This document shows positions 1 through 29,165 of a stretch of 64,000 nucleotides of DNA, one piece after another (positions within the stretch are counted from its first letter, which is position 1; every line of letters starts with the position of its first letter). The position numbers and the translations under genes were made by a program. Under the pieces are notes generated by a model. The model was not told the DNA's origin. It was given only the letters and a program-made list of their open reading frames with translations, and made no database searches. This DNA comes from Amoebidium appalachense (Eukaryota; Protista; Ichthyosporea). The DNA is taken from assembly GCA_963693365.1 (NCBI GenBank), contig CAVNZM010000004.1:2626389-2690388 (forward strand), in the 5' to 3' direction.

Positions 1-755
1 ACGAACAGCAACCTTCACCGGCCCCCGTCGTGCACGAACCAATCACAATCGAGAAACCGCAACCGCCCACGAAATGCCTGAGCCGATTCTTTGCCGGAAC
101 GTCACCACCCGAGGAAGAAGGGGAGGAAAGTGGAACAGAGGCACAAGATACAAGCGAGGAACGAGGAATGGGGTGGGGTGCAGGCTGGGGAGGTGTTACA
201 AGAAAGAGGATGGATGAAGATACGGAGGAAGGAAACCAGGTTGAGGATGACACGACAAAGAGAATGAGGGAGGAGGATGTGGAGGAGGAGAAGGAGGTGT
301 GCGTGTTTGTATGTGTGTGTGTATGTGTGTGTGTGTGTGTGTGTGCGTGTGCGTGTGTAGGGTGGGTGTGTTGGGCGGGGGGGGGGGGGGGGGAGGGATG
401 TGTGTGTGTGTGTGCGTGCGCCCGTGTGTGCGTACATGTGTGTGTGTGTCTGTGCTGTTCTGGTATGACAGATGATACAGGTAGTCAAGGCACGGGTTAG
501 CCTGTGGGTGGGGTTGGTACGGAGCTTTACGAAGGGAAGGTGTTGCCGCAGTTGGTCAAGGGAATAGGGGTGCACGCAGTGTGTGCTTGTGTTTGTGTGT
601 GTGGGCATGTTTTGACGGGGTGTGCCTGCTTGTGCATGTTCATTTGTGCGATTGTGTGTGTGTGTGTGTATGCTATGTGTATGCTTCTTTGGGAGGGGAA
701 GATGTATCACTAGAAAAGGGAATGATGGTGGTGGTGGTGGTGGTGGTGGTGGGAT

Positions 756-792
<37 letters not shown>

Positions 793-1079
793 TCGATACG
801 TCCTATATGAGACACTAACACTGGGCTGTGTGTGTGTGGCCAGAATGCACCCTTGATTGCACCAAATGCTCTCCAGCGATTGCAGTCATTCTCCTACGGC
901 GGCGCCAAAAGCAACCCCCCAAGAAAACAGATCAGACTAGGCCTGTCTAGGTCAGCGCCTGCAAAGAAAACACAGACACCTGTAAGGACAGAAACGAAGG
1001 AGGCCACCCCACAGCCAGTTGCTGTTAGTCGGACACCTCTGACTGCACGTAGCGCAACACCAAATGTGCCCCAGAGAAG
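1..1079 (+). CDS. 3' part of a spliced gene entering from the left edge; low-complexity acidic/basic disordered protein tail (possibly an Exo1-like C-terminus)
   Basis: Open frame 1-296 (..[25 protein letters not shown]) ends at GAG|GTGTGC. A phase-0 compatible exon 844-1079 ([26 protein letters not shown]) follows a CTAAC branch point (~815) and CAG, and ends AG|GTGTGG. The last exon is unresolved (candidates after acceptors at 1330 or 1505, ending by ~1561). Confidence 0.55.
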
Positions 1080-1405
1080 GTGTGGTGTTCTCTCTCTCTT
1101 CCTCCCCCCCCTCCCCCCCCCCCCCCCTCTTTCTCCCTCTCCATAACCCCTCCCCCCCCCCCCCCCCTCTCTCTCTATCTCTGTCTCTCTCTCTCTCTCT
1201 CTCCCCCCCCCCCCCCCTCTTCCCACCGCTCTTACACAGACACTACAGTCACAGACACCCATCCGCCCACCCACACATGCACACACGCACACACGCACAA
1301 GCCGCACCTTCCCTTCACCCTTTCCCCCAGTTGCTTAAGTATGCCTCAAGCTTATGATGTGATCTGTGGTCACTATACCAGTGCTTTGCACCATCTTTAA
1401 CTCCC

Positions 1406-1441
<36 letters not shown>

Positions 1442-1449
1442 TTAACACC

Positions 1450-1480
<31 letters not shown>

Positions 1481-2525
1481 ATACGACCCACATCTCTGGT
1501 TTCAGACCTGATGGCACGCTTTGAGCAAAGCCACATCAAAAAGGCTTCTACCTGCATATAAGCATGCTTATATCACCGACTATCCGTAGACCATCACACT
1601 CATGCTCCACCCACGGCAACATAACCAACCACCGGTAGTTGAATCAACACACACCACCCATTGGACACATGCACAAGACGTGAAATGAAAGTGACCGTGC
1701 TCACATATGAAACATGGCCTCGGGGAAGGGGAAAGGGGGGAGTTGTTGGACTGACCATAACATATATCCTTACAGGCCGAGTGTGGGGCTAGGGGGCTCA
1801 GGCAAGCTGAGCCTGAAGGAGACATTTGCATATGTGCCCACCCTGTCAAAAGCAACACGGCAAGCAGCACGATCACTACACGCACCAGACTCACAATAAT
1901 GATAATATTAGTCCTGCAGTTTGATTTTGCGGGCTTGTGCCTTTCTTTGTTTGTTTGTTGATTGGTTGGTGTGCTTTTTTTGTGTATTGTGTTAAAGGAT
2001 TATGGATAGGGGTTGGGTTGGTGTGATGTGCCAGTTGGTCGTGGTGGTTGGTTGGTTTTGCCCCCGGGGCGGGGCTGGGGGGGAAGCGGGGGGGGAAGGG
2101 AGGGGGGGGGGGGGGGGGGGGGGGGTCTCATAGTTATAGCGATGCGGTAATGACAATGTACATAGGATGTGCTGAGTGATTGCAAAAGGACGAATGCTAG
2201 TTTTCAATTCTACTAATGCCTGAGCCAGGCATAGGGCTCATGTATTAGGTGTACGGCGTATATGTGCCAAATCAAATTGGCCAATCTGGCACTGATACAC
2301 CTTCTCAGGTCACAAATGTAGGTGTACGTAAATGAATATAATAGACGAATTTGAATTAGTAACTTCCGTATGCCAATGTGTGCCAACGTGACTTGGCTCT
2401 GTGCAAGTGAGGATGTGGAGGCATGGGTGACACTGCGGTTTGAGCGCTTGCTGACTTTCTTAAGTTGTGGTCACAAACTTTTATCAAGTGGTGGTAGTGT
2501 GTGTGTGCTTGTGTGTGTGTATGTG

Positions 2526-2591
<66 letters not shown>

Positions 2592-3730
2592 CTAATTTTT
2601 CATCGTGGTGGTGGTGGTGTGTGTGTGTGTGTAGGAGTGGCGCTGGTGGCCTGTGCGTGTGTGTGTGTGTGTGTGCACGCGCGTGCCTGTGTGTGTATCG
2701 CAATGGCGGTGGTGTGTTTGTGTGTGGTTGGTGGTGGGTTACTTTGTGATGGCGCTGTCGTGGATGTCGTTGCCATGGTGAATGTATTGTGCTGTTTGCT
2801 CAGGGCACCAACACCAGTCTTAGAAGGGGGGGGGGGGGGGGGGGGGGGGGGGTTGATCAGTCCGTTGCAATTGCTCGTTGTAATAATTATGCCCTATGTG
2901 TTTTATCATGTACACATACACAGAGGTAATCTCGCTATCTCGGGCATTCGAATTCAGGAAAAATATGTGGGCCTTTCTTAATGGTGACGCATGGTATTTG
3001 CCTCATGCATAGCCGGCCCGGCCCGGCACTATCCAAAGAGGGTCATCGCGTATGTCAAAAAATAAAACAGCGTACTCGTGTATATGCATGGCATGTCAGT
3101 CCCTGCCGGCTGCGAGCCATCGAGTGACGTCGACGTCTGCACCTATGCATATACATAGTACTTACGACATCAAAATCACCTTATAAGCTTCAACGTCATG
3201 TCATGTGTATACGTTAAATTTTAAACCGAGGGAGCTGTAGGGCCGACATGTACGAAGACCTATTGCAAAAACCTACATGACGGGCATAAGCATGTAGCCA
3301 TAAGTAGGAAAAAAAAAAGGGGGGGGGATCGTCGATATCATCGGCAAAATCATTGATATGGCAGTGTGAAGTATACATGCACAGCTATATAGTAGGGATG
3401 TTCTTTATCTGTGTATCTTGTTGGACCAGAGTACCAACATGTACATGTTGAGCTGCATCTTGGTTATCACAGTTCACATGTGCAGAACACATATTCCCCC
3501 ATATATGGCAGTGACAGGTTCAAAAACCGAAGCTTTTGCAAGGCGGCGGGGCCCCGGGAGGGGGGGGGGGGGGGGAGGGGGGGGGGGGGGAGTACAGCAG
3601 TGATGGCAGTGGGAGGACCTGGTACCTGCCTAGCATCAGAGGCGGGGGTTGCGGGGAAGGGAGGGACGAGATAGCCTATGGCAATATCGACATTGGCTAT
3701 CCATTCATGGGTGAGGAGTGCATTGATTGT

Positions 3731-3773
<43 letters not shown>

Positions 3774-4187
3774 TTGAATCGGGTCCGTGGGTGCACGTCA
3801 CCATAGCAAGATCATGGTGAATGGTGACGAACGACAAATCATCCCCGTTCTGCAGCAATCCAGTGGTTTATTTATGTGTGCCCCAGGGTATTCCCGGGGG
3901 TAATATAATCACCGACTAGGACTAAATGCAATTCTCCGACCTGCTTTCGTCAGCAGATGTGTGTCCTCTAAGCTTTAAAACACACTTTCGAATAATCATA
4001 AAATCATAAAAATATATAAAAAACGCTAAAATAGAATCACAGAAACGCAACACTTCACATCCATATGCATGGCCTCACACCGTACCTGCACCGTACATCA
4101 TCTCATCAGTGTCAATATGCACAAATGGGCCAACATTCAAAATATCGAAATTATCCAATTTGCACGCACCGTATATCACGCAGTTAT

Positions 4188-4590
4188 CTACGCGTACTTA
4201 TCAGGTTCCGGGATAACCTCGACACCCTGAGCCTCTGCGACCTCATTTGCATTATCCACGACTTGCAAAACACCCTCGACGGCCTGATTGACAACCAAAC
4301 GCTGGCTGGGCGGGAGACGCAAAACATTAACCTCGATCGTGTTCAGTGTTTTGCTCTCAGCAACTTCCAAATCCACATCGCGACGTGCGGCACCGCCAAC
4401 GGATGCGCGTGCTCCGGCCAATGATTTGCGTCGTTCGCCGCCAACGGATGCGCGTGCAGTGGCGGCTGCGGCAGCGGTGGCGCTGGAGGCACGGGCCTCG
4501 GCAACACCGGCGTGCACGGCACCCTTGAGATTCTCGAGGTTCTGTGTGTGATCATGTGTGAGTGGGTGTTTTGTGTTGAAGAAGGGGGAA

Positions 4591-4629
<39 letters not shown>

Positions 4630-7600
4630 CTAGGGGAGGTAGGGGAGAGCTGAGGTGAGGAGGGGAAGGGGGAGGTTGTGTTTGAGCGCAAGGTGGGTTG
4701 GGGGCTGGGGTGTTTTGCATAGGAAGAGGAGAGGGGAGGGGAGGGGAGGGAAGGGGAGATGTGAGGAAGGGTGGGTGTTTTTTTTTTCCTTCCTTCCTTT
4801 CTTTCTTTCTGTCTTTTTTTTTTTTTTTGGGGGGGGGGGGGGAGGGGGGATCGGTTGTAGGTAGGTGATTGTATCGAGGCAAAGGGGAGAGGGTTCAGCA
4901 CCATAGGAGTGTTGCTACGTGTGTGTGTATTATAATGGATAGCGTACACAGGTACAGACAGAAAAAGCAATTGGATGCCCACCTCCTTGATTTCCTTGTA
5001 TGCTGCGGCGTTGCTAGGGTCTTCCTTCTCGAGTTTGTCAATGGCAGCCTTGGCATTAGACACCTTTCTCTCAACGAGTTTCTCCTCCACACGGCCAACA
5101 CTGGCACGTGCATAGGGCAGCTCGGTGTCGTGCATGTCCAGGGCTTCACGCATGTTGACCAGGCGGGCAGTGCGGGCCTTGAAGATGTCGTACTTGAGCA
5201 GGATGAACCACGTGAGAACCTGTGCGTATGAATGGTTAGTACTGATGTGTATGGTGTTATTGTTACCAACAACTGGTAGTGGTGTGTGTGTTGTTATCGT
5301 TCCCTTTGATCAGTACTGGTTCATTAAGGGGAAAGGGGAGGAAGGGGTAAAGGACGGATTCAAGGGAAACATAATGGTTTCTTAATGACGATTGAAGCGC
5401 AAAACTCCAAAAGCTCTAATGTCTACAATCATGCCGACAACAGGAGGTCAGGGCTTTTGGGCAAGAGGGAAGGAGAAGGGGGGGGGGGGGGGGGGGGGAG
5501 GGGGGAGGGGGGTGTCGGTTTATACCTTTCCAGCGTCCTGGATGAACCACCAGACGATGCAGTAGATCCAGATCCACAGGGGGTACAGCTTGTATGTGTG
5601 CATGGCCAGACCCATCACCTGAATACCATCCGTCTCACCCTCGGGCCACACACTGGCCAAAATTGTAGAGATGGTTAGAGCAAGTGCGGCGGCACCCAGA
5701 AGAAGATATCCGGGTCGGGCCTCGAAGAACGGGCCGACGGTACGGGCCGAGAACAGGGTCAGGAAATCGGAAAGAGATACCTTAAGGTAGATCATAGTGA
5801 TGATTTGGCCGTACTCGAGGGGGGGAAGGCCGAGGGTACCCTGCCAAACACCGCTAGGGTCCCAGGATTTGAAGGCAACATCGACCAGAATCAGAGACGA
5901 AGCCATGGCAATCATACCCAAGACAAGCGAAACGGTGAACAGAACTTTAAGGTTCCATTTCTCCGGGCGGGGGCTGGGCGTGACGTGATCGTAACCGACG
6001 GAAATAAGGGTACCGTCGTTAAGGAGCGTGATCAGCATCAACATGAGCACCGGGAGGGAGAAGAATGAGGGCCAGGGGTGGGCGGCAATGTCGGGGGGCA
6101 TGAGGTTCTTGTATTCGTTGTAGTATTCGTTCGGGTGGAAGGCAAACACGCAGATGAAGAAGAAGCACAGAAGCTGGAGTGTGGCGGCCTGCGAGTGGTG
6201 GGGAGAAGTTAGTTGGTTAGGCAATCAATACAACTCACAATAATCCTTCTGGGCAAATGAGATTGGTCTTGTAAACAGAATGCTTACCGAGGACGAGCCC
6301 GGGGGAAGAAGGGGGGTGGGGGAATTGGAATGTGCATTACTCGCATATATATACAACATTGACAAAGAGAGTATGCAGTATCCAGGGGAAGGGGAGGGGG
6401 GTTAGGGAGCTTTTGCATTAGGGGAAAAAGGTCAGCAGAATGGGGGGGGGGGGGGGGTGAGAGGGGTAAACGTACGATACGGTAGTTGAGGAAGTTCTGG
6501 ATGCGCTTGAAGATGCAGCGTGAAATGACGATTGCATGCACGATCACACTCAGACCCTCCTGCGTCAACACCATGTCGGCAGCAGCACGTGCAGCATCGG
6601 TAGCACCAGACACGGCAATACCAACATCGGCACGCTTGAGAGCAGGGGCATCGTTCACACCGTCGCCTGAGGGGTGAGAAAAGAAGGGTTGGAGGAGGAA
6701 GGGGAAGGGGGGAGGGGGGAGGGAAGGGGCGGGGTTAGTTCGTGCAGTGATTTGTGAGTGTTTGCGAGAGCGACAGCATAGAGGGAGAGAGAGGGAGGGG
6801 GAGGGAGGGAGGGGGGGGGGGGGGGGGGGGGAGGGGGGTAAGGGAAGCAAAATTTTCGGATACGTTTTTCCTACCAGAGAAATGGTGGTACATAGTTATG
6901 GCGGTATTAGTACTTGTGAAAGGAAGGGGAAGTTGGGGGAGCAGGGGGGAAGGGGAGCGAGGGAGGGGGGGGGGGGGGGGGGGGGGGGAGGCATAGACAA
7001 ACACGTACCAGTCATGCCGCAGGCGAAGCCGACCTTACGCAAAACCTCGACAATCAAGAACTTGTGCTCGGGGAAGACCTCAGCAAAGCCATCGGCATCG
7101 ACAATCATGGGGGCAAACTTGGTGTAGGCCTCCTGGGGCACCTTGTTCTCACTGTCCAGGCCGGGTAGGTTCACGGCCTTGCACGAGTGGATCTTGGAGC
7201 CAAGGCCCAACATGCGGGCACACTCCTTGGCAATCACACCCTGTGTCGACGGGGGGAGGGGGGGGGGGGGGGGGGTTAGAATGCGCCATGTAGAGCACCC
7301 AGGTACATATAATTGAATTTACACGGAATGGAGTATAGGCAAGCACATGAAGAGGAGGAAGGGATAAGCCTCAGGGTAGGTGCTTGGGGGAGGGTGGGAG
7401 GGTTGGGGGGAAAGGGGAGGTGGGGGAGGGTCGAACGAGTGGATACAAGAAACTTTAAGTTGTCACAACAGAGAGGGACGAAGGGTACATACTTTAGTGC
7501 GATTCTCTTCTAAATTTTTTTTTGGGGGGGGGGGGGGGGGGGGGTTGGGTTGGGGTGTTGCATACGTGGTCACCAGTAATCATCTTGACGTCGACACCCA

Positions 7601-7721
7601 GCTCCATGGCCTTGTCAATGGTGTCCTTGGTGTCGTGCCGAGGGGGATCCAGGAAAGTCAGCAGACCAAGCATGTTCCAACGGCCCTGGTCATCTGGGGG
7701 CGGGGGGCGGCGGGGGGGGGG

Positions 7722-7754
<33 letters not shown>

Positions 7755-10417
7755 GGGGGGGGAGGGGGGGTTAGGACCAAGGGTCAGTATGGATGCACTT
7801 AATAAAAATATCCTGCATAGAACTTGTAAGACCGAAAGTGGAGACTTGCAGTGAGCCGGTTGACTGCACATAACACTACCAGATACTAAGGGCATGCTCT
7901 AGAAAAAAAGGTGAGAGCTACAGTCCTAATGGCCTCGAGTAACATTCAATTGCAAAACATACAATCACGAGATCACAACTTGTACTGAAGCGGTAGGGGC
8001 ACTTACCAGTCCTTGCAACGGCCAGAGAGCGAATACCGCGGCCACCGAGTTCGTTGACCTTATCCCAGACCTTGTCATGTAGCTCATCCTTATTCCAGCA
8101 AAGAGCAAGAATAATCTGTGGTGCACCCTTTGTCGTCTTGAACACTTTGCCGTCGGGGCCCTCGAGCGTACCCTCGGTTCTCTTTGTTGTCGGGTCGAAA
8201 GGAACATACTCCAGCTGCTTGTACACGTCAAGAGACGGAAGGTCCACGGTGCCAAGCACCAGAGTGTCCAGGGCGTCTCTAGGGGGTTCCTTCCATTTTG
8301 CAGCCAGAGCAGCCATCTGCAGAACCTTGTACTGGTCGTAGCCGTCAGTGTAGATGGGTGTGTCCTCCTGGATCACCATCTTGTTAAGTGTCAGCGTGCC
8401 GGTCTTGTCGGAGCACAACATGTTCATGCCAGCCATTTCCTCGATAGCGGCAAGTCGGGTGACAATGGCGCCGTGGACAGAGAGTTGACGGGAGCCGAGA
8501 GCGAGTGTTGTTGTGCACACAATCTCAATGGCAATAGGGATGGAGGCAACCATCAACACGACGACGAAGGAAAGAGCCTCCTTGAAATGCTCCCCGCGGA
8601 CGAGCAGGTACGCAAGGGCAATACCGCACAGGATGAGGGAGAGAATGACCAGTACGATCATAATCTTCATCAACATGCGCGCAAGGTTACCCAAGTCATC
8701 GCCGCCGGAGTTAAGCATAGCTGCAGTCTTGCCGAAGAAAGTGTTCATGCCGGTCTCCATGACGGTACCCTCAACCTCACCGCGGGTGACGGTGGAACCC
8801 ATCTTGGCGTCATCACCGGCATACATGGTCACGGGCAGAGACTCACCGGTCAGGGCTGACTGGTCGACCTGAATCTGACCGTGGTTGATCTGCACAGGTT
8901 GAAGAGGGTTAGTTGATGTTGGAGGGGGGGAAGGGGGGGTAGAGAGAGATGGAGAGGGGCAGAGAGAGGGAGACGACTCTCTTTTCACATTGCTATAGTC
9001 GAGGCATGAAGGGAAGGTGACGGTGAAGGTAGTGGTGGTTGGGCGGGGGGAGGGAGGGGGGGGGGGGGGGGGGAGGGGCTGGGGAAAGAAGCACGTGTAT
9101 TTACTGTCAAGGCAGGTTAGAGAGGCAAGGCTTGCGCATGCAGGAAGAAGAGCATGGAAGTTGCACAGGGGTTGGGGGGAGGGGTTGGAGGTTGGGGGGG
9201 GGGGGGGGGGAGGGGGGGACAGGGAACGGGGGGATGATCTTACCCTGCAGTCAGCGGGGACAGCCGAACCGGCAGCAAGCAGGACCAAGTCACCGGGCAC
9301 CAGAGAGCCGCCATCAATGTTCTCCCACTTGCCGTTACGCTTGGCCGTGGCAATGGGCTTGAGAGAGGCCTTCAGCGCATCCACAGCATTGCCGGCCTTA
9401 ACTATTTCGTACCAACCAATGGTGGCGTTGGCGAATTGGATACCGAGAAGAATACCCATATCGAGCCAGTTTTGAATGGCGGCTTCAATGATGATGGCAA
9501 GCCAAATCATAATGGGCATGGGGGCTTTGAGCTGCGGAAGCAAATGGGTCATTGCTTATGATACTATCGGACAGTGGCAGCATATTGAAAAAAAATCAAC
9601 TTGTCAATAAGCAGAATAGTGTCTCTGTTAATTGAATCTCATGTATGAAGAAAAGCATTTGCAACCAACAGAAATGTTGGCTAATGCCTGCACTTTTGCA
9701 TCGGCATCCCTAGCCTAGAGATCTGTAAGTTAACCGACCATCGGGAAGCTGGCCCGAGTTCCCTATAGTAGGCAACAAGTGAAGGTGTATTGGCCCGGGG
9801 AACATATGGGGAGTGGGTGGATCGGTAATGATGTTGGAGGATGGGGGGAAAGTGAGCTGAGAGGCCGGGTTGGGGAGGGGGGGGAAAGGGGGTGGAGGGG
9901 AGGGGGGAGGGGGGGAGGAGGGGCTCGGTGATGGTACTGAAGAGAGTTCAAAGAGCAAACAGAAGACGGGTTGAGATTGCTACAGAGCCCCGGCCGGTTT
10001 CCCAGGGTTACATCGGGTTAAAAGAAAGCGTGAACCCACCTGATAGAGATAAAGCAGCCATTTTGGGACCTTCTTCTCTACGAGCTCGTTGCGACCCCAC
10101 TGCTTAAGGAGCGCCTCAGCCTCTGTGGAAAGCCAATGTGTTAGCATGTCAGCACAAGCAACAGCATCGCCAGGATATTGTGATGGGAAGATCCCTCCCA
10201 CGCAAATCACATAACAACAGGGCTTCACTGAGGGTGTGCCATCGGCAACACAAAGGCTACACTAAGGCTTAGGGAAAGGGTCAAAGGGCGTACCTGCTGT
10301 GGTTAACCCCTTGGAGGGGACCCAGTCCGAGTTGTCCTTCTTCACATCCTCCTCATCGTTCATGGCCACCAACTCAATCTCCCCATCCTTCGCCTTGGCC
10401 TTCGACCCTCGCGACAT
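4188..10417 (-). CDS. PMA1: Plasma-membrane H+-ATPase, P-type IIIA; 10 exons: 10417-10294, 10122-10040, 9531-9244, 8889-8007, 7693-7566, 7240-7009, 6666-6476, 6188-5526, 5219-4983, 4541-4188
   Basis: Signature motifs: [29 protein letters not shown] (phospho-Asp), [44 protein letters not shown]. All nine introns are GT-AG with consistent phases. Confidence 0.95.
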
Positions 10418-10568
10418 ATTTTCGGTTTCAACCCGGCGGCCGAGGTCACCGAGAAATGGTGTTGAAAGGGGAAAAGAGGTGTGGGGTGAAAAAAAAACAA
10501 AAAAACGGACGCAGAGGGTAGAGACTCCACGCACTGTTGCGAGTGTGCAATATTTTTGAGACTATTTG

Positions 10569-10632
10569 TTTATATATAGGTTGCCGAATATGGTGCTGTA
10601 GTTGATGTGGAATGCACCATCTGCCAATCAGA
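10569..10632 (-). promoter_or_regulatory. Candidate core promoter of the H+-ATPase (TATA-like and CCAAT motifs)
   Basis: TATATATAA on the - strand at ~10569-10577, about 150 bp upstream of the ATG, and GCCAATCAG at ~10623-10631. Motif match only. Confidence 0.4.
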
Positions 10633-11349
10633 ATAACGAGCCTGTCCCACTAGAGTTTACTACCAAAACATCGTGACTTCGCGAGCAAAATTTCGTGTGA
10701 TGCTGATGAAATACGAGTGATTTTCCTTAATTAAAATGATAAGATGCTTAAAAAGGATGGTAGTGTGCTTATTTCCCTACCTTTCGGCGTTCAAAAGTCG
10801 TCTTTTTATGGCTCTAAGTTGCACATTTGATAACAGATTGTTGGCCCAATAACCTCCCCCTCAACTTCATTTAAACAGGGGGGTCAAGTGCTGGAAAATG
10901 GACCCCCGTGCCCAATATGCCAAACTTTACACAATGCCCCCATCCCAAAACATGGTTTGCACAATATATATTGGGAATCAATGTAACGTTTACTACCAAT
11001 TTGCATGAGAGGCTGTGATGATATGCAGTTCCCCTGAGTGGTCTTTCGGGAACCGCGCGAAAGTGCAATCGGAAATCATGAAGCGCGTGGATTTCCGGAA
11101 TTTCGGACTCCGTTTTTTCTGTCATGATGCTATCATAGGCTATAAGATGAAGGCAGCGGCTTTGAAACAACAATAATAAAGCATGACCAAAGGCAGGAAG
11201 TGCGGCAAATCGTTTGACTTGTTCATCTTTGACTTTTTTGTTCCAGAAAATTCAGCAATTCTAGGTAATGCCATCACATTTTGTTCACAATGGTAGTGCC
11301 GGTGTCACTGTATTGACCCCCCATCAGGTAGAGGCAAGCTAGGGAGATC

Positions 11350-12830
11350 CGCTTACATGCTCAAACATTTGGTTTCATTGGCTCTCGTTTGTGATTGGGT
11401 GTAGATGTCAGGGCGGCTGAGGGCGCTGAGGGCGGAATACCGTATACCGCGCGTCATCCTGTGACATAGAAGCGAGCAAAAACCGGCAATACAAACACTA
11501 AAGTTATAAGACACTCTCATAATTAACACAAGAGATAGTCTGCATGAGCTGTATAAATATGCTGGAAGTCGTTTGCTTGAAGCAGGTGTTAGCTCAGAGC
11601 AAATCAGCCACGTTGCCAAATATGTGCTTGTGTTTGTTGAAGCCAACTCTGACAACAATCATTAAGAAAAATTCCTTTTTTGGCTTCACCTGCTTGTTGT
11701 TCATTGGTACTGGGTTTGAGATTTTATGCTTGGAATGTGCTTTACACGCAAGCCTTGCAACGCTTTTTCTGTAGCTAGTGGAGCCTTGTGTCTTTTCGTT
11801 GAACGACCCAAAATAGTTGTTTTTGGTAAGAGAAATTTCAGAGTCATCAACGTAATAGTGTGCACACACTACTGGATGCTATATCCTTCTTATTGCGGAC
11901 CTGAAAGATGGCAAGACATTGATCCATGACGGGCGATGCCTTTCATTCTTGTGCCACAGAATTAAAGTGTCAGAGGATCTAAAAAGAGCTTGCAAAAGTA
12001 AGGCTTGAGCGGCACTTTTCCTGTTTTCAAGTGAACGCTTGTAAGTGCTACAGGCTTGTAAGTGTGCTTGCACATCGCGTGGGCCATAGAGGAACGGGCA
12101 TACTGTGTGGTCCATGGGCAGAAAAAGGCACCTCTAGATCTTAAAGATCCACAGAAAAAGTCGATGAAACACGGAAGGTCAATGGGGTGGAGTTGAAATG
12201 GTGGTGTTTCCACCACTATATCATGATGGAAAGTAGTTACATGCTGTATACGCTGCAGCAGGCTGCACTGCACACATAGACCCGCCCTAAAGGGAGGTGC
12301 TTGGTACCGGTATCGGTGCGGCTTTGACGAGGAAGCACACCTGCACACACAGGGCAGCTGGGGCCAATGTCTAGTCACTACGAATATTTTACAGTCTCCC
12401 TGCGGTTTCTCTGATATACTTCGTATGTTTAACTTCGGCAGCAATATAGCCTATAGGCCTACACTGTAGCTATGAGCAAACGGAACAAGTCTTGAGGAGA
12501 CTGCCCATGAACGCACACACATATTGCGTTAACAGCACTGCTAACTCCTTTCTGCCACCAGAACGGCTTAGCTTACATATAGTACAAATATACAGATAAT
12601 ACCGATAACAAGTATATACATACGTTCATAGGCGACTGCAGCTGCGAGTGCACATGAACCGTGACGGTGCTATGACGAGCGGTGCACGTGGCGAGCTGCT
12701 GCGGCGCTCTCTGTGGCGCAGGCCGCAGCTGCAGGCTCCGCATTCCAAGCGGTGCATATTCATCCAATAAAAAGAAATGGCGCCAAAATCTTCCTCGTTG
12801 ATTGCATCCAAATCAACAGGATTATGCTAA
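11350..12830 (-). pseudogene. Decayed coding-like sequence, unknown family (weak resemblance to GT61/DUF563 glycosyltransferase)
   Basis: Microsatellite-free block. ORFs 11879-12115 and 11594-11869 share one frame separated by a single stop, with further stops downstream. The segment FLMIVVRVGFNKHKHIFGNVADLL is loosely GT61-like. Confidence 0.25.
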
Positions 12831-13047
12831 CCCATACTCGAAAATAGCACATATAATACCCTTTTTTCGGAACACCTCGCACGTGTCAAGGCATGTTATT
12901 GAAGATGTTTTCGAGAAAGTTGCACAACCGTCAAAGTCCGCGGCCATGGGCCTGAGAGATGGCCAGCAGTGTAAAGCCACACCACTAGCATCACTGTTGG
13001 GTTTTTAGGTTTCTAAGTATACAACAAGGAAAAAATTACACTTTAAA

Positions 13048-28380
<15,333 letters not shown>

Positions 28381-29134
28381 ATGCGGTAATGTCGCTGTGT
28401 GGTGATGGTCATCTGCATGTATTTTTTTGCTGAAAGCTTCCATTATTCCCCGCTTTGTTAAACATTAGAGAATATGCATGGCAATATTTGGTCATGTGGC
28501 CCAAGTAGAAATTCGTTGGGTAATGGTGATAGGCACGCTCATGGGTAGCATTTACACGATTGCACAAGGTAGCATGCCATCGTTCTATGTTCACCTGCTT
28601 CACTGTTTGGTTTACAAAATGCATGGCACTATATACTTTTTCCGGCTAAGTTGAGAAACTCTACTATCTCGTAGCTGCCGAGAACGTGGCACAGATATAC
28701 TTATATAGAGTATAAGACTTACATAAGATAGGTTGGGATGTTATGTCCACTTGTCCACTGAGTCTCTCTTTTTGTAGGGCTCCGTATGTCTGACAGTATG
28801 TGTATATATGGAGGACCACCGCGGTCGTTAAAATGCTTTTTTGTAATATAGCTCTACGGTGATGAGGCAGTGTTCTTGATGTAACAAGAAAATATGTGTG
28901 GTGCAGGTGTATCAAACATGTTCTCCGTCCGGCGAAGAAGTAAAGCTGATAATGGAAACCTTTGTTGCCCCACCCAAACAATGGAAAACAGCGACACACA
29001 CCCACACCCGCGTCATAAACACACACACACACACGCGCGCGCGCACGCACACAGAAATCTCCGACCAAGGAAGTCTATGTGACTTCGGCAAAGCGGGAAC
29101 GGGGAAGATTGACTAAGCATCTGTATTCGGCTAA

Positions 29135-29165
<31 letters not shown>

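Noticed and set aside
7918-9552. 544-aa ORF with a proline-rich insertion in the ATPase
   Set aside because: The insertion is intron 3 (9243-8890), 354 nt and stop-free in frame, bounded by GT-AG.
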